Assembly (NCBI GenBank): GCA_034440375.1
Contig: JAWXBZ010000120.1
Span: forward strand, 1 to 14,596
Reading direction: 5' to 3'
From: Candidatus Eiseniibacteriota bacterium
GTDB taxonomy: Bacteria; Eisenbacteria; RBG-16-71-46; JABDJR01; JAWXBZ01
DNA length: 14,596 nt
Notes under the pieces: model-generated
Databases searched by the model: none
What the model saw: the letters and a program-made list of their open reading frames with translations, nothing else
What the model was told of the DNA's origin: nothing
In this document: piece after piece, positions 7,239 to 14,596 of the stretch
How the letters are laid out: the number at the start of each line of letters is the position of its first letter
How positions within the stretch are numbered: position 1 is the first letter of the stretch
Program-made: the position numbers and the translations under genes

Positions 7239-7267
7239 TTGACGCCCATCGCACTCTCGGTTAACCT
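7239..7267 (+). promoter_or_regulatory. sigma70-type promoter of the atp operon (P1)
   Basis: TTGACG (7239-7244), 17-bp spacer, TAACCT (7262-7267); 58 nt upstream of the first atp gene. Confidence 0.6.
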
Positions 7268-7325
7268 CCCGGCCCCTGCTGGGGTTGGTTCGCTGGTGGC
7301 GTCGCTTTGGTTAGAATGAGTTCAA

Positions 7326-7583
7326 ATGAAAGACGGCGACCGGCAAGGCTACAGTTCGCTCCGACAGGTCGGGCTCCTGACGACGATTCCATTTCTGCTC
7401 CTCGCCTCGCCTGTCGTCGGCTACCTCTTCGGCAGGCAACTCGATATCTGGTTCAAGACCAGCTTCTGGGTATGGATACTCTGCACGCTTGGCATGGTTG
7501 CCGGTGTACGCGAGGTCATCAAGATTCTGAAGCGGGCCAGTGCCGAGGCGGAGGCCGAGTCTCGTCGGGATGACGCAGACTGA
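7326..7583 (+). CDS. atpZ: AtpZ/AtpI-family (ATPase gene 1) two-TM protein
   Basis: 85 aa with the typical pattern VGYLFGRQLDIWFKT..W....LGMVAG; first gene of the atp cluster. Confidence 0.85.
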   Translation: MKDGDRQGYSSLRQVGLLTTIPFLLLASPVVGYLFGRQLDIWFKTSFWVWILCTLGMVAGVREVIKILKRASAEAEAESRRDDAD

Positions 7584-7632
7584 GTTACTCACAATTTTTT
7601 TGAGCTCGCTTGTGAAAAAAGGTGCAAACGAA

Positions 7633-8037
7633 ATGGGCCCCGAGTTCCTCGGACGTATCGTCAAGACATCCATGATGTTAAGTGTCGGGCTGGCCTTCGT
7701 GGTCGCCTGGTACTTTGGCCTGGATCGTGGAATCGATTTTGGCGTGGCCGGTCTCTGGGGAAGCCTCAATCTCAAGATGCTCCAAATGGTAATCGTCGAG
7801 GCAACCCGGCAGGACGGTATCCGGTCCAGTGTGTTGATCTCGGCCTTCCTTCTGAAGTTTCCGCTCCTCTATGGCGCTGGGGCACTATGGATGTTGAAGC
7901 GACACCCGGACGCGGCCGCCACCTTTGCCGGCCTCTCGTTGATCCTCGCCGTCATCACACTCAAGACTCTCGGCCGGGCCCTGGTGGACTCAGGCACGTT
8001 TTCGCGGCCCATGCCGCGCGGAGGACAGGATCAGTGA
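7633..8037 (+). CDS. atpI: ATP synthase protein I (four-TM)
   Basis: 134 aa from ATG 7633 (MGPEFLGRI...); four hydrophobic helices with G...G.LN and LLKFPLLY motifs. Lies directly before atpB with a GTGA stop/start overlap. Confidence 0.8.
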   Translation: MGPEFLGRIVKTSMMLSVGLAFVVAWYFGLDRGIDFGVAGLWGSLNLKMLQMVIVEATRQDGIRSSVLISAFLLKFPLLYGAGALWMLKRHPDAAATFAGLSLILAVITLKTLGRALVDSGTFSRPMPRGGQDQ

Positions 8038-9056
8038 AACGCCTTGCTCCGCTGGTCAGCCTCGTCATGGTCGCGCTCCTGTCGCTCTGCCTTCCTGGCA
8101 ACAACTCCATGGCCCAGGAACACGGTACGACCGGCCATACGACAACCGCCGGGGATGCCCACGCAACTGATGCCCACGCAACTGATGCCCACCGCGAGGC
8201 CAAGCCCGACAAGGTGCAGGAAGCCTTCCACACCGCCGAGAATTCCTCGTTCGTCGACCTGATCCTGAAGCAGATGGGATACGTGAAGCCGCACGAAGGG
8301 GAGGAGGATCACAACGACCCGACCCTGAAAACGCTGGCGATGTTCCAGATGCCGATCATCTCGGCCGTCGTGATTTTCCTGATCATGGGGGTGCTGGTGG
8401 CGGGCGCCTCGAAACGGGAAATGATCCCCGGCCGGCACCAGAATCTGGTTGAACTGATCATTGGCGGCTTCGACGATTTCATCCAGGGCATCCTCGGCCT
8501 TCAAGGCCGGCATTTCCTGCCGTTTCTCGGAACTCTTTTTTTGTACATCTGGATCAGCAACCTGATCGGCCTCGTTCCGTTTTTCAAGTCGCCGACCTCG
8601 TCGTTCAATACGACCGTGGGGCTCGCCATCTGCGTCTTTCTGTACGTTCACTGGACCGGCATCCGCCGAAATGGAATCGGCGGCTACATTTACCACCTGG
8701 CCGGCGAACCGAAGGATGCCATCGGCTGGGGCATGGTGCCGCTCCTGTTTCCGTTGCACGTCATCGGCGAGCTCGCCAAGCCGATGTCCCTCTCGCTCCG
8801 TCTCTTCGGCAACATCTTCGGCGAGGAGACGCTCATCGCGGTCTTCGTCGGTCTTGGCATTGGCGCCATGGCGTTCCTGCCGATGATGCCGGTCGGCATC
8901 CCGTTTCAGGTGCCGTTCATGTTCCTTGGATTACTGACCTGCACCATTCAGGCGCTGGTCTTCACGTTGCTCAGCACCATCTATTTCGCGTTGATGCTGC
9001 CCCATCATGACCACGAACCGGGTCATGCCGAGGGGCATGCGGCGGCGCATCACTAG
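8034..9056 (+). CDS. atpB: Fo subunit a, with N-terminal signal peptide/His-rich extension and His-rich C-tail
   Basis: GTG at 8034 after SD GGAGGACAGGA. Motifs PGRHQNLVE, NLIGLVP..SPT, KPMSLSLRLFGNIFGEE (essential Arg at 8799) and IQALVFTLL; 340 aa. Confidence 0.97.
   Translation: MKRLAPLVSLVMVALLSLCLPGNNSMAQEHGTTGHTTTAGDAHATDAHATDAHREAKPDKVQEAFHTAENSSFVDLILKQMGYVKPHEGEEDHNDPTLKTLAMFQMPIISAVVIFLIMGVLVAGASKREMIPGRHQNLVELIIGGFDDFIQGILGLQGRHFLPFLGTLFLYIWISNLIGLVPFFKSPTSSFNTTVGLAICVFLYVHWTGIRRNGIGGYIYHLAGEPKDAIGWGMVPLLFPLHVIGELAKPMSLSLRLFGNIFGEETLIAVFVGLGIGAMAFLPMMPVGIPFQVPFMFLGLLTCTIQALVFTLLSTIYFALMLPHHDHEPGHAEGHAAAHH
8154..8192 (+). repeat. In-frame 15-bp tandem repeat (GATGCCCACGCAACT x2.6) encoding DAHAT-DAHAT-DAH
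   Basis: Exact copies at 8154-8168 and 8169-8183, partial copy at 8184-8192. Confidence 0.95.
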
Positions 9057-9076
9057 AAAGTAAAAGGAGGAACAGA

Positions 9077-9298
9077 GTGAATCTTCTTGGACTTGGATTG
9101 CCGCTCGGCGTCGGCCTGGCGGCCCTCGGATCGGGCATCGGTCTCGGCAAGGCGGTTGGTGGGGCCATGGAAGCCATGGGTCGTCAGCCGGAAGCCATCC
9201 CTCGCATCCAGACCGCCATGGTCATCGGTGCGGCATTCATCGAGGCTCTGACGATTTACGCGCTGCTGACCGTCCTGCTGCTGCAGGGGAAGCTCTAA
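9077..9298 (+). CDS. atpE: Fo subunit c (H+-type)
   Basis: GTG start with strong SD AAGGAGG (9064-9070); GSGIGLG glycine motif, RQPE loop, carboxylate in FIEALTIY. Confidence 0.97.
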   Translation: MNLLGLGLPLGVGLAALGSGIGLGKAVGGAMEAMGRQPEAIPRIQTAMVIGAAFIEALTIYALLTVLLLQGKL

Positions 9299-9306
9299 TC
9301 AACACC

Positions 9307-9363
9307 GGGGCGGGCTCTGGCCGGCCCCGCCTTATCGTGGTGAGCCGCGTTGAGCGGCTCGCC
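9307..9363 (+). promoter_or_regulatory. Two intercistronic stem-loops between atpE and atpF
   Basis: GGGGCGGG (9307-9314) pairs with CCCGCCTT (9326-9333). GGTGAGCCGC (9339-9348), loop GTTGA, GCGGCTCGCC (9354-9363) ends just before the atpF SD. Confidence 0.55.
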
Positions 9364-9374
9364 CGGAGAGCGGC

Positions 9375-9875
9375 ATGAACGTTCAATGGCAGGTCATCCT
9401 CACTCAGATTCTCGGATTCCTGATCGTCTTCCTGGTACTTCGGAAGACGGCCTGGGGCCCGGTCCTGAAGGTCCTCGAAGATCGGCGCGAGAAGATCCGT
9501 GCCAGCTTCGCCGACATCGATGCCCAGCGGGTCGAGGTGGCGGGACTCAAGGCCGAGTACGAGGCCGAGTTGAAAAAAATCGACGCGCAGGCACGGCAGC
9601 GGATGAACGAGGTTCTCGCCGAGGCCAAGAAACTGGCCGGCGAGATCGAAACCTCCGCGCGTGAGCGCAGTCGACAGGAAATGGAAAAGCACAAGGGTGA
9701 CGTCGATCGTGAATACCAGGCGGCCCGGGTAAAGTTCAAGGAAGAGATGGTCACCATTGCGCTCGGGGCAGCCGAACGGATGGTCCGCGAGACGCTCGAT
9801 CGCGACAGGCAGTCCAAGCTGGTCGATCAGTTCCTGGGTGAGCTGGATCAGGCCGGCAGGGACCGGAAGGTTTGA
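9375..9875 (+). CDS. atpF: Fo subunit b
   Basis: One N-terminal TM helix (QILGFLIVFLVL..AWGP), then LEDRREKI and a long coiled coil; SD GGAGAG at 9365-9370. Confidence 0.95.
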   Translation: MNVQWQVILTQILGFLIVFLVLRKTAWGPVLKVLEDRREKIRASFADIDAQRVEVAGLKAEYEAELKKIDAQARQRMNEVLAEAKKLAGEIETSARERSRQEMEKHKGDVDREYQAARVKFKEEMVTIALGAAERMVRETLDRDRQSKLVDQFLGELDQAGRDRKV

Positions 9876-10423
9876 TGCAGGACGCCATCGTCGCCCGCAA
9901 GTACGCCACCGCCCTGTTCGATGCCGCCGTCAAGGCGGAGGCTGTCGAATCCGTGGCGGGCGACCTTGCCGGTATCCGATTGCTCGGGACGCAGGGCGTC
10001 GCGCTCGGGGCGTTTCTTGAGGCACCGCATATCACCACCGAGGTCAAGCGCGGCGTGCTGGACAGGGCTCTCAAGGGCCGGCTGTCCGACCTGACGCTTC
10101 GCTTCCTTCACCTCCTGATCGACAAGAAGCGGACGGCCCAGCTCGACGGCATCTCGAATCGGTTCGACGAACTGGTTCGTGACTACCGGGGAATCGTGGC
10201 GGCGAAGGTCCGCTCGGCCCACCCGATCGACGAAGCCCAGCTCAAGCGGATGGCCGACAGCCTCGGCCGGATGATCGGCAAGACGGTGGAAATCGAAAAC
10301 AAGATCGAGCCCGAGGTCATTGGCGGCGTCGTGCTCGAGTTCGGCACCTGGATCGTGGATCGGAGCATCCGGCGCGGGCTGGATGACATTCGCGATCAAT
10401 TGATGAAGGCGCACGTCCTTTAA
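9875..10423 (+). CDS. atpH: F1 subunit delta
   Basis: ATG at 9875 overlaps the atpF stop (TGATG). Motifs VARKYATALF, FLHLLIDKKR, VRSAHP, PEVIGGVVL..VDRS. Confidence 0.95.
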   Translation: MQDAIVARKYATALFDAAVKAEAVESVAGDLAGIRLLGTQGVALGAFLEAPHITTEVKRGVLDRALKGRLSDLTLRFLHLLIDKKRTAQLDGISNRFDELVRDYRGIVAAKVRSAHPIDEAQLKRMADSLGRMIGKTVEIENKIEPEVIGGVVLEFGTWIVDRSIRRGLDDIRDQLMKAHVL

Positions 10424-10453
10424 GAAGGCGCTGGTCCCTTAAGGCGCACGTCC
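10406..10453 (+). repeat. Three closely spaced copies of a 13-bp unit spanning the atpH 3' end and atpH-atpA spacer
   Basis: AAGGCGCACGTCC (10406-10418), AAGGCGCTGGTCC (10425-10437), AAGGCGCACGTCC (10441-10453). Confidence 0.9.
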
Positions 10454-10484
10454 GAAAGGGCGGGCCCGCGGAGAGGTTGTTCGA

Positions 10485-11999
<1,515 letters not shown>

Positions 12000-12003
12000 A
12001 ACG

Positions 12004-14279
<2,276 letters not shown>

Positions 14280-14283
14280 CCGG

Positions 14284-14596
14284 ATGAATGAAGCCCTGCA
14301 CATCACCGTGCTGACGCCCGAGCGTGCCGTCCTGGATCAGGACGTCTATTCCGTCACCGCGCCCGGCGCGGCCGGATACCTTGGCATCCTGAGAAATCAC
14401 GCCGCCCTGATCACCAGCCTCGTTCCAGGCAAGCTCACGGTGAAAGACGTACGCCAGCAACCCACCGTCTACGCTATCAGCGGCGGTTTCCTCGAAGTGG
14501 CCAACAACAGGGTCACCGTCCTGGCCGACACCCTGCTGGCCGTCGACGACATCGACCTCGCCAGCGCCCAGGAGGCCCGCAAAGTAGCCGAGCGCC
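14284..14596 (+). CDS. atpC: F1 subunit epsilon (3'-truncated by window; not in the ORF track)
   Basis: Manual translation from ATG 14284: MNEALHITVLTPERAV...APGAAGYLGILRNHAALITSLVPG...ISGGFLEVANNRVTVLAD...IDLASAQEARKVAER, open to the window end. Confidence 0.96.
   Translation, partial: MNEALHITVLTPERAVLDQDVYSVTAPGAAGYLGILRNHAALITSLVPGKLTVKDVRQQPTVYAISGGFLEVANNRVTVLADTLLAVDDIDLASAQEARKVAER

Noticed and set aside
7540..8033. Longer ORF-track starts for atpI (7540) and atpB (7887)
   Set aside because: They overlap upstream genes extensively and encode non-family sequence; starts at 7633 and 8034 fit better.
8079..8090. Lipoprotein signal (LSLC) in AtpB
   Set aside because: The residue before Cys is Leu, not G/A/S; an SPase I site at SMA|Q fits better.
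10406..10453. CRISPR-like interpretation of the short repeats
   Set aside because: Units are 13 bp with 3-6 bp gaps, there are no spacers, and there are no cas genes.

Overview
GC-rich bacterial chromosomal window, mostly housekeeping. In order: the 3' part of guaB (IMP dehydrogenase); an 806-aa polytopic membrane protein with an inserted spermidine-synthase-like/SAM-binding domain; a 72-aa two-TM protein; a convergent ~290-aa protein of unknown function on the minus strand, preceded by a consensus sigma54 (-24/-12) promoter and followed by a 190-nt hairpin-rich spacer; a divergent two-gene unit (2-TM/helical protein plus a REC-coiled-coil-GAF-HD-GYP protein with degenerate REC and HD-GYP motifs); and an H+-type F1Fo ATP synthase operon (atpZ-like, atpI, atpB, E, F, H, A, G, D, and C cut by the window end). 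I see no mobile element, CRISPR array, tRNA or rRNA. The best candidate for something undescribed is the block at about 3411-7325 (sigma54-driven unknown gene, structured spacers, and a probable pseudo-enzyme c-di-GMP sensor directly upstream of the atp promoter). Any functional link between these parts is inference only. All family assignments are by motif recognition; no database search was run.
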